Positions 9,332 to 18,970 of a stretch of 64,000 nucleotides of DNA are shown here, piece after piece. The DNA is from Myxococcota bacterium (GTDB lineage: Bacteria > Myxococcota_A > Polyangia > Polyangiales > Houyiibacteriaceae). The stretch spans positions 2,488 through 66,487 of the forward strand of contig JBCDFZ010000027.1 in the NCBI GenBank assembly GCA_039177115.1. The letters are read 5' to 3'. Within the stretch, counting starts at the first letter, position 1; the number at the start of each line of letters is the position of its first letter. Below the pieces are notes generated by a model. That model was not told the DNA's origin, searched no databases, and worked only from the letters and a program-made list of their open reading frames with translations. The position numbers were made by a program, and so were the translations under genes.

Positions 9332-10807
9332 ATGTTCGAGGTTGCGAACAACCCAGAGCAGCTGCACATCGCCATGGCGGGCGCCTCTGGCTTCGTCGGC
9401 ACGGCGCTCCGGCGCGTGCTCCGGGACCGGCACGAGATCACGGGCCTTACGCGCTCCCCGAACGTGGCCGCGCTGGCCTCAGGCACCCCGGGGGAGCGCT
9501 GGCGCCACTGTGACCTGTTCTCTCTGAGCTCCGTCACCGAGGCGATGGAGGGCGCGGATGTCGGGATCTATCTCGTGCACTCGATGCTCCCCTCCTCCCG
9601 ACTCAGCCAGGGAAACTTCGAGGACTTCGACCTCATCCTGGCGGACAACTTCGCCCGCGCAGCCGAGCAGCACGGCCTACGGCAGATCATCTACCTCGGC
9701 GGCCTCATCCCCGACGAGGACGAGTCAGAGCTGTCGATGCACCTGCGCAGCCGCCTCGAAGTCGAGCGAGTCCTGGGCAGCACCGGCGTGCCGGTGACCT
9801 CGCTGCGCGCCGCGCTCATCGCCGGCTCGGGCGGCTCTTCGCTCGAGATGCTGGTCAAGCTCGTCGGGCGCTTGCCCGCGATGGGGCTCCCCGCGTGGTG
9901 CCAGTCGCGCACGCAGCCGATTAGCATCTCCGACGTCATTCGCGCCTTCGAGGCGTGCCTCGGTAATGAGGAATCCTACGGGCAGGTCTTCGACATCGGC
10001 GGGCCTGAGGTGATGACCTATCGGAATATGATCGAGAAGACCGCGGCGACCCTCGGGCGACGGCGCTTCCTCATCGACGTCCCGGTCATCCCGGTGTGGC
10101 TCTCCCGCGGCTGGGTCTCCATGATCACCGGCGCGTCGAGCGCCCTCGCGGGGCCGCTCACCGAGAGCCTCCGACACGACATGACCGTGCGGGACAACCC
10201 GCTGCAACAGCACCTCGCGCCCCAACTCGAGTCCTTCGACGACGCGCTCGCCAAGTCCCTCGAACCCACCGGTCGCCCGCGCCCGAATCCGCGCGATAGT
10301 GTCCGCGACAAGGACGACGCCGTGATCCGAGTCACCAGCGTCGCCCGCTCCGTGCAGCGGCTGGCTCTCCCGCCGAGCCGTCACGCGGCCTGGGTCGCCG
10401 CCGAGTACATGCGGTGGCTGCCCCGCTTCGTCTGGCCTTTCATGAAGGTGGTGGTCATCGGGCGCCTGGTCCGCTTCCAAGTCGCACTCCTCGGGTTGAC
10501 GCTCCTCCAGCTACGGCTCGAGCCGGAGGAGTCGGCCGACGACCGGCAGCTCTTCACGGTCACCGGGGGCGCGCTCGCCAAGCCGAGCGAGGTGCATCCC
10601 GGAAGGCTCGAGTTCCGCGAGATCCTCGACGACCGCACCGTCATGGCCGCCGTGCACGACTTCGCCCCGCGGCTGCCCTGGTTCGTCTACAACCTCTCGC
10701 AGGCGATTGTCCACCTCTGGGTCATGCGGGGCTTTGGACGCCACCTGCTTCGCGAGTCGCGACGGGAGACCCGGGACGGGTTGACTGAGGATTCGATCGC
10801 GGAATAG
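9332..10807 (+). CDS. NAD(P)-binding atypical SDR/epimerase-family protein with C-terminal extension
   Basis: GASGFVG Rossmann motif; YLVHSM, IIYLGG, HLRSRLEVE, TQPISISDV motifs (YbjT-like). Confidence 0.85.
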   Translation: MFEVANNPEQLHIAMAGASGFVGTALRRVLRDRHEITGLTRSPNVAALASGTPGERWRHCDLFSLSSVTEAMEGADVGIYLVHSMLPSSRLSQGNFEDFDLILADNFARAAEQHGLRQIIYLGGLIPDEDESELSMHLRSRLEVERVLGSTGVPVTSLRAALIAGSGGSSLEMLVKLVGRLPAMGLPAWCQSRTQPISISDVIRAFEACLGNEESYGQVFDIGGPEVMTYRNMIEKTAATLGRRRFLIDVPVIPVWLSRGWVSMITGASSALAGPLTESLRHDMTVRDNPLQQHLAPQLESFDDALAKSLEPTGRPRPNPRDSVRDKDDAVIRVTSVARSVQRLALPPSRHAAWVAAEYMRWLPRFVWPFMKVVVIGRLVRFQVALLGLTLLQLRLEPEESADDRQLFTVTGGALAKPSEVHPGRLEFREILDDRTVMAAVHDFAPRLPWFVYNLSQAIVHLWVMRGFGRHLLRESRRETRDGLTEDSIAE

Positions 10808-10833
10808 ACCCGGAATAGACCCGGAGTAGGACC
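10800..10833. repeat. Short tandem repeat over the stop codon
   Basis: cggaatagacc-cggaatagacc-cggagtaggacc. Confidence 0.6.
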
Positions 10834-10912
10834 GACGTTTCCGGTGAGAACCTCGAGAGCCCCGACTTGCCGCAAACATGTGATGCCGTGTAATTGGCAC
10901 CGCTAGGTCCGA

Positions 10913-12535
10913 ATGACAGTTCGAAGCACGACGTCGATTGTCTTCATCGCTGCCGTGGTCGTCGTACTAGCGAGGCCTTGGGCCGCTCGAGCCGACTGCA
11001 CCGCCCCTCGAGTATCGACGACGAGTGGTGTCTACTGTGGCTCGGCTGACCGATCCGAGGGCAAGGCCGAGGTTTTCGCGTACCTGGGCGTGCCCTACGC
11101 AGAAACGACCGCGGGACTCAACCGGTGGGCCCCCCCGGTCCCGGCTGCCCAACGACCGGGCGTGACCGAAGCCATCGCGTTCGGGCCGAGCTGTCCCCAA
11201 CACATCGAGGCGCCGCCTGAGGGTTACGAGAGAAGCGAAGACTGCCTCAGCTTGAACGTATGGACTCCCGCACAAACGGAGGCCGACCCGAAGGAAAGCC
11301 TGCCTGTGATGGTTTTCATCTACGGAGGGGCGTTCGTCGGCGGTAACAGCGCGAACCCAGTCTACCGAGGAGCTAGGTTGGCCGCGACGGGGAGAGTCGT
11401 GGTGGTGAGCCTCAACTACCGGCTTGGCGCGCTTGGGTTTCTTGCCGGCATCGACGGCCTTTCCGGGAACTACGGGTTCATGGATCAGCAGGTCGCACTC
11501 CGGTGGGTCCGCGACAACATCCATGAGTTCGGCGGCGATCCCAACAAGGTGACGATCTTCGGCGAAAGCGCCGGCGCCATGTCCGTCGGACTGCACCTCG
11601 TGTCCCCCGGGAGCCGCGGCCTGTTTCGGGGAGCGATCATGGAGAGCAACCCGTACGGCATTCCCTACAAGAGCGTCGACGCGGCGGCCAAGTTTGCCAA
11701 CACGGTTAGGGACCGACTCGGGTGCCGAGAGGCGGGTGTCGCCTGCATGCGAGAGAAGTCGTTCGAGGACGTGGTCCACCACCAAGAGTCCACGCTGCTC
11801 GAGATCAAGGGCCTCTTCTCGGGCCTTGCGGGTTTTCTAGCCTGGGCCCCGGTCGTCGATGGAACCGTCATTCCGATACAACCGTTCGAGGCCTCCATTT
11901 CGATTCCGACGATCGTCGGCACCAACTCGAACGAGGGGTTGCTCTTCGCGGCACTCTTCCAACTTCACCGAAAGACAGGACCCCGAATACCCAAAGCGGA
12001 GTACGGCTTGGCGATCGACCTCGAGTTCAAGCGCAAAGCGAAGCGAAAGATCAAACGCAATGCTCGGTACAAACCCCGCCGCGGCGATAACACCGACACG
12101 CTGTCGCGCCTCCTGACCGACTACCTATTCACGTGCGCAAACCGCCGAGTGATGGAGCGATCCGAGGCCCCCGTGTTTGCCTACCAGTTCACTCACGTTC
12201 CATCGTTTCCGATCTGGCCGAACGTGCCCCTGTGCGATCCTTCGCGGGATGTCGTGTGCCACGCAGCCGAGCTTCCCTTCGTCTTCGGAAACGCCCACGC
12301 CGTCCACTTCGCGGCCGACGAGGACAATGGGCGCTTCACGGCCACGGAGAGAAGGCTGTCCGAAGAGATGATCGGCTACTGGACTCGATTCGCAGAGCAC
12401 CTCGACCCCAACGCAGAGCAGGGGAGAACCTGGCCCGAGTTCGAGGCCAGCGACCCGTTGCGGCTCATTCTGAACACCACCCTATCGGAGCGGTCAGATC
12501 TCGAAGCGGACTGCCGGTTCTGGGACGGGCTCTAG
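10913..12535 (+). CDS. Secreted type-B carboxylesterase/lipase
   Basis: Signal peptide (ARA-D); LGVPYA, SEDCLSLNVW, YGGAF, NYRLG, GESAG nucleophile, NEG, HAAEL. Confidence 0.95.
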   Translation: MTVRSTTSIVFIAAVVVVLARPWAARADCTAPRVSTTSGVYCGSADRSEGKAEVFAYLGVPYAETTAGLNRWAPPVPAAQRPGVTEAIAFGPSCPQHIEAPPEGYERSEDCLSLNVWTPAQTEADPKESLPVMVFIYGGAFVGGNSANPVYRGARLAATGRVVVVSLNYRLGALGFLAGIDGLSGNYGFMDQQVALRWVRDNIHEFGGDPNKVTIFGESAGAMSVGLHLVSPGSRGLFRGAIMESNPYGIPYKSVDAAAKFANTVRDRLGCREAGVACMREKSFEDVVHHQESTLLEIKGLFSGLAGFLAWAPVVDGTVIPIQPFEASISIPTIVGTNSNEGLLFAALFQLHRKTGPRIPKAEYGLAIDLEFKRKAKRKIKRNARYKPRRGDNTDTLSRLLTDYLFTCANRRVMERSEAPVFAYQFTHVPSFPIWPNVPLCDPSRDVVCHAAELPFVFGNAHAVHFAADEDNGRFTATERRLSEEMIGYWTRFAEHLDPNAEQGRTWPEFEASDPLRLILNTTLSERSDLEADCRFWDGL

Positions 12536-13452
12536 CTACGGTTGGGCTCTATCGCTTCGACTGACCGAAGAGAGCAGGCCCGCTTCCTGATCCATGCCAA
12601 GCCCACGAGCAGCCATGCCCAATGCTGAGCGCCGCTCCCGCTCGAGGGCCCCGTGGCGCTGCACCCCCCTCCTCCGCTGCTCGGATCCGAGGGTTCTACG
12701 CAGTTGAGCTCGAGACCTCCGCGAGGTTCGAAGTCGGCTTCTGAGCAGATCGCGTCGAACGATCCCGGCGCGTAGGTTTCGCAAAGCGCATTGCGGTCGT
12801 CTTGTTCGAGGCTGCGCAACTCGACGTTGGCCACTGAAGGCGGGACGGCGGCCATCGTCGCGTCTGCAAACGGAGAATGATCGAAGCCAAGAAAGTGCCC
12901 GGCCTCGTGGGTCACGATGCTCTCGAGATCGAACGCCGTGCAGGGGTCTTGCTCGAGGCAGTCTCCGAGCGGCGAGGTGTCGTTGATCAGCATGTCGACG
13001 TCGAGGATCTCTCCCGTATCGAGGTTACGTGTGACGGAAGTAATGGCCAGCGCCAAGGGCTCGAAGTCGAGCCCGTTGCGAGGGTCGACCCACGGATCGA
13101 GAAAGGCAATCGTGTTCACGTTGCCGCCGCTACTGTTGTATTCGAACGTGGCGCAAACCGAGTCCTCCTGTCGCAAGAACTGAAAGTCTGTCGGCTGCCC
13201 GCCGCACGTGACGTTGGCCCAGGCGCCGAAACCTCCGTCGATGGCATCGCGAGCCTCCTGCTGGCTCATCCATTGAGAACCTTCGAAGTCGACTGCGTAC
13301 GACAGGCATGCCGTGCTCCAAAACACCGGTACGCCGGACTCACCGCAGACCGCGTCGTCGTCGGTGGTAATCCTGCAAAACGCGGACGCCCTCTGTGCAC
13401 TCACCGTCACCAAGACGAGCATCGCGACCACGAACAAACGCGTTGGGCTCAT
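12532..13452 (-). CDS. Matrixin-family (M10-like) zinc metalloprotease with MYXO-CTERM sorting signal
   Basis: Signal peptide; HEAGHFLGFDH zinc motif; Met-turn ATMAA; C-terminal GGGGCSA...WAWLLVGLAWIRKR. Confidence 0.9.
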   Translation of the reverse strand: MSPTRLFVVAMLVLVTVSAQRASAFCRITTDDDAVCGESGVPVFWSTACLSYAVDFEGSQWMSQQEARDAIDGGFGAWANVTCGGQPTDFQFLRQEDSVCATFEYNSSGGNVNTIAFLDPWVDPRNGLDFEPLALAITSVTRNLDTGEILDVDMLINDTSPLGDCLEQDPCTAFDLESIVTHEAGHFLGFDHSPFADATMAAVPPSVANVELRSLEQDDRNALCETYAPGSFDAICSEADFEPRGGLELNCVEPSDPSSGGGGCSATGPSSGSGAQHWAWLLVGLAWIRKRACSLRSVEAIEPNRS

Positions 13453-14039
13453 CGCGCACCGTTCTGCCGCGACTTTAGAATAGCGCGAACGGTATCGAGG
13501 AACTCGCCTAGGTCTCGCGCCTCCGCGAGCGGACTGGCGCTCTTCCGGACCACGCCATCAGCGCCGCGTCTGACTAGAAGGCTATGCGCTCGGCTGGGCA
13601 CGATCATCGGTCGCGTACCTTGGCGTCGGGCGATTCGCATGGCTCCCTGCGTTGCACCGATGGCCCGGAAGACACCGCCACCTCGCGACTGAAGAAACAG
13701 CACGACCTCATCACCTATCGAGAAAGACGGCTCACCCGCGACATGCGTCGAGATATCGCCCAGATGGCCGCCTAGTGTCTCGACGAGCACTTCGCGGTTT
13801 GTAGTGCCGCGCAGCTCTTCATCGACACGGACTCGATGAAGAGTGCGAATCATGCCGCCGCGACTTCGAAACGCCTCCGACGAAAGGACCTCGCCGACGA
13901 CGATGCGATCGGCGCGAGCGGTCATCTCCTCGAGGCTTACCGCCAGAAGGATCGAGGCGCTCGCGCTTGCAGCGGCTGCGAGCAGAAGACAGGCAGACGC
14001 CGCAGCTGCGACTGGTCTCGGCAAAGAAAGAAGCATCAC
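13449..14039 (-). CDS. Secreted hypothetical protein, partner of the matrixin
   Basis: Signal peptide; SLEEMTARADRIVVGEV...TLGG...GEPSFSIGDEVVLFL; 4-bp ATGA overlap with the protease gene. Confidence 0.8.
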   Translation of the reverse strand: MMLLSLPRPVAAAASACLLLAAAASASASILLAVSLEEMTARADRIVVGEVLSSEAFRSRGGMIRTLHRVRVDEELRGTTNREVLVETLGGHLGDISTHVAGEPSFSIGDEVVLFLQSRGGGVFRAIGATQGAMRIARRQGTRPMIVPSRAHSLLVRRGADGVVRKSASPLAEARDLGEFLDTVRAILKSRQNGAR

Positions 14040-14197
14040 TACGCAACGAGTTTAGACGTGGGAGGATACCACGACGCTGTCCGCTTGCGGAGCCGAAAGT
14101 GCTCAATGACGGAGCGATACGAGCGAATCGGCGCCTTTGGTGAGGCGGCGTCAGTGCTTTGCTTCCGCCGCCCGGTGCCGTAGGGCGAGAGCCCCGG

Positions 14198-14976
14198 TCA
14201 TCCGCCGTTCCCATCCCGATTCCAGTACGTCATCCGTCCGTACCCCTCGAAACCCAGCGCCTCGACGATCGGTGCCGAGGTCCGAAGGTTGGCGTACAGG
14301 CCGACGAGACCGATCCCTCGCTGAGCCGCGGTTCTCATTCGCGCGCGGAGCACGGCGCGGTAGTGCCCTCGCCCTCTCGCTTCGGGCACGGTCCCCCCTC
14401 GCCAGAGCATCGCCAAACCCAACGACGGAAACAGCGTCATGGCTCCGCCTGACACCGGCTTCCCATCCTCGTAGGCAACGAACCGATGCACGCGTCCGGT
14501 TGGGTCCTTGCAGTCGTTGAGTCTTCTCACTTCCTCTGCCTCCGCGACCGTACGAGGGACCTCGAACGCTCGATGGAAGACCGCTGCGCCGTCGGAAACG
14601 CCTCCAGCGTCTCGACACGGCGCACGACTGAGTGTTCGGCGGCTTCGATCTCGCGCGAAGCATCAGAGACGAAGGCCCTGTGTTCTACGGCGGGACGGTA
14701 TCCGGTTCGTGACAGTGCCCGACTGAGAAGGTCGTCCTCTCGCCAATCGTGGACGAGCCACTGAGATATGACGCTCGCGTGTGCCTCGGAGACTTCCTCG
14801 ATGGCGGCCGCCCGAGTCTCGTCGTTCAACCGAGTGCGGACGACGCAGTTGAGATGAGGCACATCTCGCAAGCTCACGCAGTATAGCAGTTCAGGCCGGT
14901 CCACGATTCGGGTGTCGGGTGGAACAAACGAAAGGTCCCACTGGGTCCGTTCCATCAGTGCATCGATGCTAGACAT
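14198..14976 (-). pseudogene. GNAT-family acetyltransferase split by a 1-nt frameshift near 14595
   Basis: N-half (..RRVETLEAF) joins the other frame (DGAAVFHRAFEVPRTVAEAEEVRRLNDCK..), which carries the acetyl-CoA motif GGTVPEARGRGHY and LGF. Confidence 0.75.
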
Positions 14977-15115
14977 TTCGTTCCGCCTCACAGTCTACGC
15001 CGCTTCGAGCTCCTCGTCGCTGCCATGGGGAGGTGCGACCGACTCGTGACCCCCTCGGGCCGCACACGCCCCGACGCCGCAGGGCGGTTCGGCACTTGCC
15101 GCCGAGCGATGACGC

Positions 15116-15586
15116 CTACTCAGACGAGTCCTCGGTGAGCCAGGCTTCGACCCCGAGGAGTGCGCGGTGAAGCTGCTTCATCTGGCGCGATCCGATTTTC
15201 GCTTCCAGCTGCGATTCGAGCTCGGACAACACGCCGAGCCCGCGCAGCAGGATTGGCTGGTTGCCCTCTTGGACGAAACAGATCCGCTTTGCTCGACCAT
15301 CCGCCGGGTCCGGCACGCGCTCGAGGACGCCCATCTCTTCGAGCTCGTCGACGAGCTGACCGACCGCCTGCTTCGAGATCCCGATTCGCTCGGCAAGTTC
15401 GGTGAGCCGTGTGCCCTCCATGTCGATGTGCGGAAAGAGATTCGTGTGCGCCGCGCGGAGATGGTCGACCCCCATCTCGGCCCCGAAGTGCGCGACGCCT
15501 CGCTCGTTGAGGAGCCGACCGCATTTCATCAGGAGCTGGCCGACCGAAGCTCGCTTCGCCGCCTCGAACTCGTCGTTTTGGCTCAC
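15116..15586 (-). CDS. MarR-family transcriptional regulator
   Basis: GTRLTELAERIGISKQAVGQLVDELEEMGVLERVPDPADGRAK winged helix; GTG start 15586. Confidence 0.92.
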   Translation of the reverse strand: MSQNDEFEAAKRASVGQLLMKCGRLLNERGVAHFGAEMGVDHLRAAHTNLFPHIDMEGTRLTELAERIGISKQAVGQLVDELEEMGVLERVPDPADGRAKRICFVQEGNQPILLRGLGVLSELESQLEAKIGSRQMKQLHRALLGVEAWLTEDSSE

Positions 15587-15589
15587 TTC

Positions 15590-15628
15590 GTCAGTTCTAC
15601 TTGACTTTTTAGTAAAGTACACTTGACT
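15590..15628. promoter_or_regulatory. Two tandem imperfect palindromes, putative MarR operator
   Basis: GTCAGTTCTACTTGAC (15590-15605) and GTAAAGTACACTTGAC (15612-15627), 22 bp apart, in the AT-rich divergent intergenic region. Confidence 0.7.
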
Positions 15629-15677
15629 ATTATTCGATCGCCACCATAGTCGCGCCAACCCTCGACAAGGAGCCCTC

Positions 15678-16367
15678 ATGTTCGAAGAGATCGCCGACGG
15701 AATCTGGCACGCTACCTACGATCACGCGCCGGGCGGCGTGCAGTTTCGCACGCGCGCCACCCTCGTTCGGCTCGCGGACGGCGGCCTGTGGATGCACTCT
15801 CCGATTCCGATCGACGACGCACTCGCAGAGCAGGTCGACAGTCTCGGCGAGGTGCGCCACGTCGTCGCGCCCAACGGTTGGCATGATCTGTTTTCGGCGC
15901 AGGCCAAGGCGCGCTACCCAAACGCGACGCTCTGGGCCTCTCCGGCCCTCCGGGAGTCGAAGTCTCCCTTGCCCGTCGACGCCTGGCTCGGAGAGGCCGA
16001 TCCGCCTTGGTCGGCCGAGCTCCGACCGCACGCGATCGAGGGGGTGCCGAAAGCCCAAGAGTTCGTCTTCTTGCACGCGCGGAGCGGAACGCTGATCGTC
16101 ACCGACCTCCTCTTCCAGATTCGCTACCCGGTCAACACGCTCACCAAGATCGTGCTCTGGATGGTCGGCGCCCACGGCGGCAAGCTCGCCCAAAGCCGTC
16201 TCTGGCGGCTCGTCACGAAGGATCGCACCGCGGCCGGCCGAAGCGTTCGCGAGATGCTCGAGTGGGACTTCGAGCGCGTCGTCCTCGCTCACGGCGACTT
16301 CGTCCAAGGACACGACGCCCGTGAGCGCACCCGCAGCGCCCTCCGCTGGATGCTCTCGGCCGCCTAA
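15678..16367 (+). CDS. DUF4336 family protein (metallo-beta-lactamase-like fold)
   Basis: RATLVRLADGGLWMHSP, VVAPNGWH, EFVFLHARSGTLIVTDL, WDFERVVLAHG; AAGGAG RBS. Confidence 0.9.
   Translation: MFEEIADGIWHATYDHAPGGVQFRTRATLVRLADGGLWMHSPIPIDDALAEQVDSLGEVRHVVAPNGWHDLFSAQAKARYPNATLWASPALRESKSPLPVDAWLGEADPPWSAELRPHAIEGVPKAQEFVFLHARSGTLIVTDLLFQIRYPVNTLTKIVLWMVGAHGGKLAQSRLWRLVTKDRTAAGRSVREMLEWDFERVVLAHGDFVQGHDARERTRSALRWMLSAA
16201..16367 (+). repeat. 167-bp direct repeat, copy 1 (3' end of the DUF4336 gene)
   Basis: Identical to 18781-18947 except at 4 positions. Confidence 0.97.
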
Positions 16368-16489
16368 CCACGGCAGGCCTGTCTCGAGGCATCGATCGGG
16401 AGAGCCCTCGAGGCGCTGTCGCGCGTGAATCTCTTTCCGCGTCGTCAGGCTACACTAGAAGTAACGGGCCGCGCCCGTAGAGGCTCTTC

Positions 16490-16972
16490 ATGACTGTACC
16501 CAAACGAGAAAGGTCCACTCGGACACCTGGAAGTGCGAGCGCCGATGCTGCTGACAGCGAGCGAGGCCCGTTGAGAGTTCTGGGGATGGAGCTGTGGAAC
16601 CGCAGCGCAACGAACCGCTACGCGAGCTGGGCCTACGACCTCGTCGTCATGTTCGTCGCCTTCTTTTTTGCGGTTGCACCCGACCCTTGGGTTGTTTGGT
16701 CGATCTTGCTCCTGGTGAACGCTGCCGGGCTTCTCGTATTCAACAACCGTTTCATCAAACGCGGAGTCACACTCGTGAGTCGTTGGGGCATTCTCCTGGG
16801 TCTGATGCTCGAAGTAGGGCTTTGGATTTGGCTCGGGTACTACTTTGTGCACAACGACCCGGTTCGTCTCGTTCTCGCGACAGCGGGCTTCCTGTTCGTG
16901 ATTGCGGTCCGGCTCTGCTTCCAGCCAGCGGAGGCAGAAGCGGCGCCGCGCAAACCCGAGACGTCCCCCTAA
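16490..16972 (+). CDS. Hypothetical membrane protein (about 4 TM segments)
   Basis: 160-aa ORF with four hydrophobic segments; no recognisable motif. Confidence 0.65.
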   Translation: MTVPKRERSTRTPGSASADAADSERGPLRVLGMELWNRSATNRYASWAYDLVVMFVAFFFAVAPDPWVVWSILLLVNAAGLLVFNNRFIKRGVTLVSRWGILLGLMLEVGLWIWLGYYFVHNDPVRLVLATAGFLFVIAVRLCFQPAEAEAAPRKPETSP

Positions 16973-17019
16973 ACACGCCTTCACGCGATCTCTCTCAGAA
17001 GCCCCGAGGACTCAACAAT

Positions 17020-17326
17020 GTCGCCGAGCGGCCACTCGACGCGCGAACCTCGGTTGGACGAACAGCATGCCCGCAGCCATCGCGGCAATGAACGCGATGA
17101 TTCAGACGCCGCCGCCCCGGAGGCCAGGCGATGCTCACGCGGCTCGCCGAGCTCATGCTGCTCGACGTCATGCGACGATACATGGCGCAAAACCCCGAAT
17201 TCGACACGGGGCTCCTTGCGGCGATGAAAGACGAACAGATCGCGCACACCCTGACGCTCGTCCAGGAAAAGCCGTGCGGTCGTTGGAGTGTGGACGAGCT
17301 CGGCTCATCAAGCGTTCAGCCGCGCC
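17020..17326. pseudogene. Mosaic relic: 3' end of the second YeeE-type gene fused to fragments of the AraC gene
   Basis: 17020-17114 resembles 20640-20734; 17116-17303 matches 22140-22327 (about 10 mismatches in 188 bp); gcgttcagccgcgcc (17312-17326) equals 22503-22517. Confidence 0.9.
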
Positions 17327-17380
17327 GCTGACGCGCAACCATCGGGTCGGTACGGGGGGAGTTGGCCGGGTCCGGTCCCT

Positions 17381-18580
17381 CTAAAAAACGCGGTCAACCT
17401 GGAGGTTGTATCCGGTCTCGCTTCGAATTATGGGGGTGACCCGCGAGTCGTCCTCGATTCTGAAGAGCTGCGACGACGTGGGCAGTTCCGTGGTCACAGA
17501 CACGTAGGTGGTTCCATCCACGACGGTCGGGCGCAACAACGTGTTTACCCCGCCGAGGGGCAGTTCCTCGAGCACCTGCGTCTCGGCAGTAGGCAGCTCC
17601 ATGATCGCCCATCGCCAGATGCTCAGTTGCGCGAACTCGGCCAGATCGATCGCCGAGGGCTCGACATCGTCGTCGTAGACCATCGTGAGGAAACGCCCGT
17701 CGCCGATGCCGAACGGACCCCCGGCAACGATCTCACGCCCACTGGCAGCAGCGAGGTCTACGTAGAAATCAGGGTCGAAACGATCGGACCCAGCGGGGAT
17801 ACGCAGCAGACAAGGCGGCGAGATGCCGTCTAGGCCGAGGTTCGCGAGGCCGTTGACGCCGTCTCCCATCGTGTAGAACGCCCCTTCGTGAGCGAAGCCG
17901 CGGAAGCCGAAGCCGCAGCGGTCGTCTGAAAGTACGCGCAGCAGCCGCAGCTCCGAAGCTGAGAAAACGGCAACCGTGACTTCCGGGACGTATCTCAGCG
18001 TCGCAGTGTCGGCCCATGCGATCGACACGTAGACTTCGTCGCCGATCACGGTTGGCGCGCTCGTGAAAGTAAGCGCAAAGCCCTCTCGACCCAGCTGCAG
18101 AAAGGGAATCGCGGCAACGATCTGCATCGCGTCAGGGTCGAAGACCACGATTTCACGAGTCGCGCTCGATACGAAGTAGGCGCGGGTCGAAGAAGCGAAC
18201 GTGATCGACGGTCCGAAACTCGTGATCCCGAGATTGGCGAAGCTCAGACGTTCTTCTTCTTCGAGACTGAGGGCAGGTGTGACGCGGTATCGGATGACTT
18301 GACCTCGCTCTCCTTCGAAAACGAACACCTTCCCGTCGAAGGCCCGGACTCGACTGAATCCAGAGAACTCGAAAGCTTCATCCAGAGCCAGCTCTTGGGG
18401 CTCTAAATCGGGAACGATGTGGACGAGCTGAAAGCGACTGCCCGGTGCGAAAAGAAGTTGGCTGACGACGTACGCGGTCTCGAACGACTCTTGGGGATCT
18501 TCGGCCTCGCCGCTGCAGCCCGCTGCGATAACCAGAACCAGCGGGACGTACGCGAACTCGCGCCATGAAGGTCGATGCAT
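17381..18580 (-). CDS. Lipoprotein, MxcI-like predicted beta-propeller family
   Basis: Lipobox AAGC after ATG 18580; shares motifs with 28667..29872 (AxEFxG, GKxFVxxGE, ExxSFAxL, C..RI..G.DR.D..F..D..A..GR, WRW). Confidence 0.7.
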   Translation of the reverse strand: MHRPSWREFAYVPLVLVIAAGCSGEAEDPQESFETAYVVSQLLFAPGSRFQLVHIVPDLEPQELALDEAFEFSGFSRVRAFDGKVFVFEGERGQVIRYRVTPALSLEEEERLSFANLGITSFGPSITFASSTRAYFVSSATREIVVFDPDAMQIVAAIPFLQLGREGFALTFTSAPTVIGDEVYVSIAWADTATLRYVPEVTVAVFSASELRLLRVLSDDRCGFGFRGFAHEGAFYTMGDGVNGLANLGLDGISPPCLLRIPAGSDRFDPDFYVDLAAASGREIVAGGPFGIGDGRFLTMVYDDDVEPSAIDLAEFAQLSIWRWAIMELPTAETQVLEELPLGGVNTLLRPTVVDGTTYVSVTTELPTSSQLFRIEDDSRVTPIIRSETGYNLQVDRVF

Positions 18581-18704
18581 CGTTCTGTCTCCTTGATGAG
18601 CGGGGTGAGCAGCCAGACGAACACGGCTCTCGGGACGGGGGCAGGGCTGATATGACTCGCGTGAAGAGGGCGCCTTGGTTGGGGAGGAGCGTATCAAGTC
18701 GGGA

Positions 18705-18737
18705 GCCAGGGACAATCGAAGCGACACCCTGCGAAAT
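18705..18737 (+). repeat. Relic of the 22672-22708 region (upstream and start of the DUF4395-like gene) with the start codon deleted
   Basis: gccagggacaatcgaagc identical to 22672-22689; then gacaccctgcgaaat vs gacacacagcgatat with the intervening ATGG missing. Confidence 0.7.
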
Positions 18738-18780
18738 CCCAGCCGCGGTCGGCCGCGTACGGCAATGGTAACCACCCCTA

Positions 18781-18947
18781 TCTGGCGGCTCGTCACGAAG
18801 GATCGCGCCGCGGCCGGCCGAAGCGTTCGCGAGATGCTCGAGTGGGACTTCGAGCGCGTCGTCCTCGCTCACGGCGACTTCGTCCAAGGACACGACGCCC
18901 GTGAGCGCACCCGCAGCGCCCTCTACTGGATGCTCTCGGCCGCCTGA
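18781..18947 (+). repeat. 167-bp direct repeat, copy 2 (orphan 3' end of the DUF4336 gene)
   Basis: Encodes WRLVTKDRAAAGRSVREMLEWDFERVVLAHG...; 163/167 identical to 16201-16367. Confidence 0.97.
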
Positions 18948-18970
18948 GCGAGGCAAGCCTTCGCTAGGCG

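Noticed and set aside
10800-10833. 11-bp tandem repeat as CRISPR or contingency locus
   Set aside because: Only 2-3 adjacent units, no spacers and no cas genes.
16383-16412. CTCGAG-N17/18-CTCGAG hairpins (also 40318-40346) as a REP family
   Set aside because: CTCGAG/TCGA is very frequent throughout this sequence; two loose copies are not enough.
16201-18947. Gene 3'-end repeat as a DGR VR/TR pair
   Set aside because: The four differences (A/G, C/T, G/A, A/G) are not confined to adenines of one copy, and there is no reverse transcriptase in the window.
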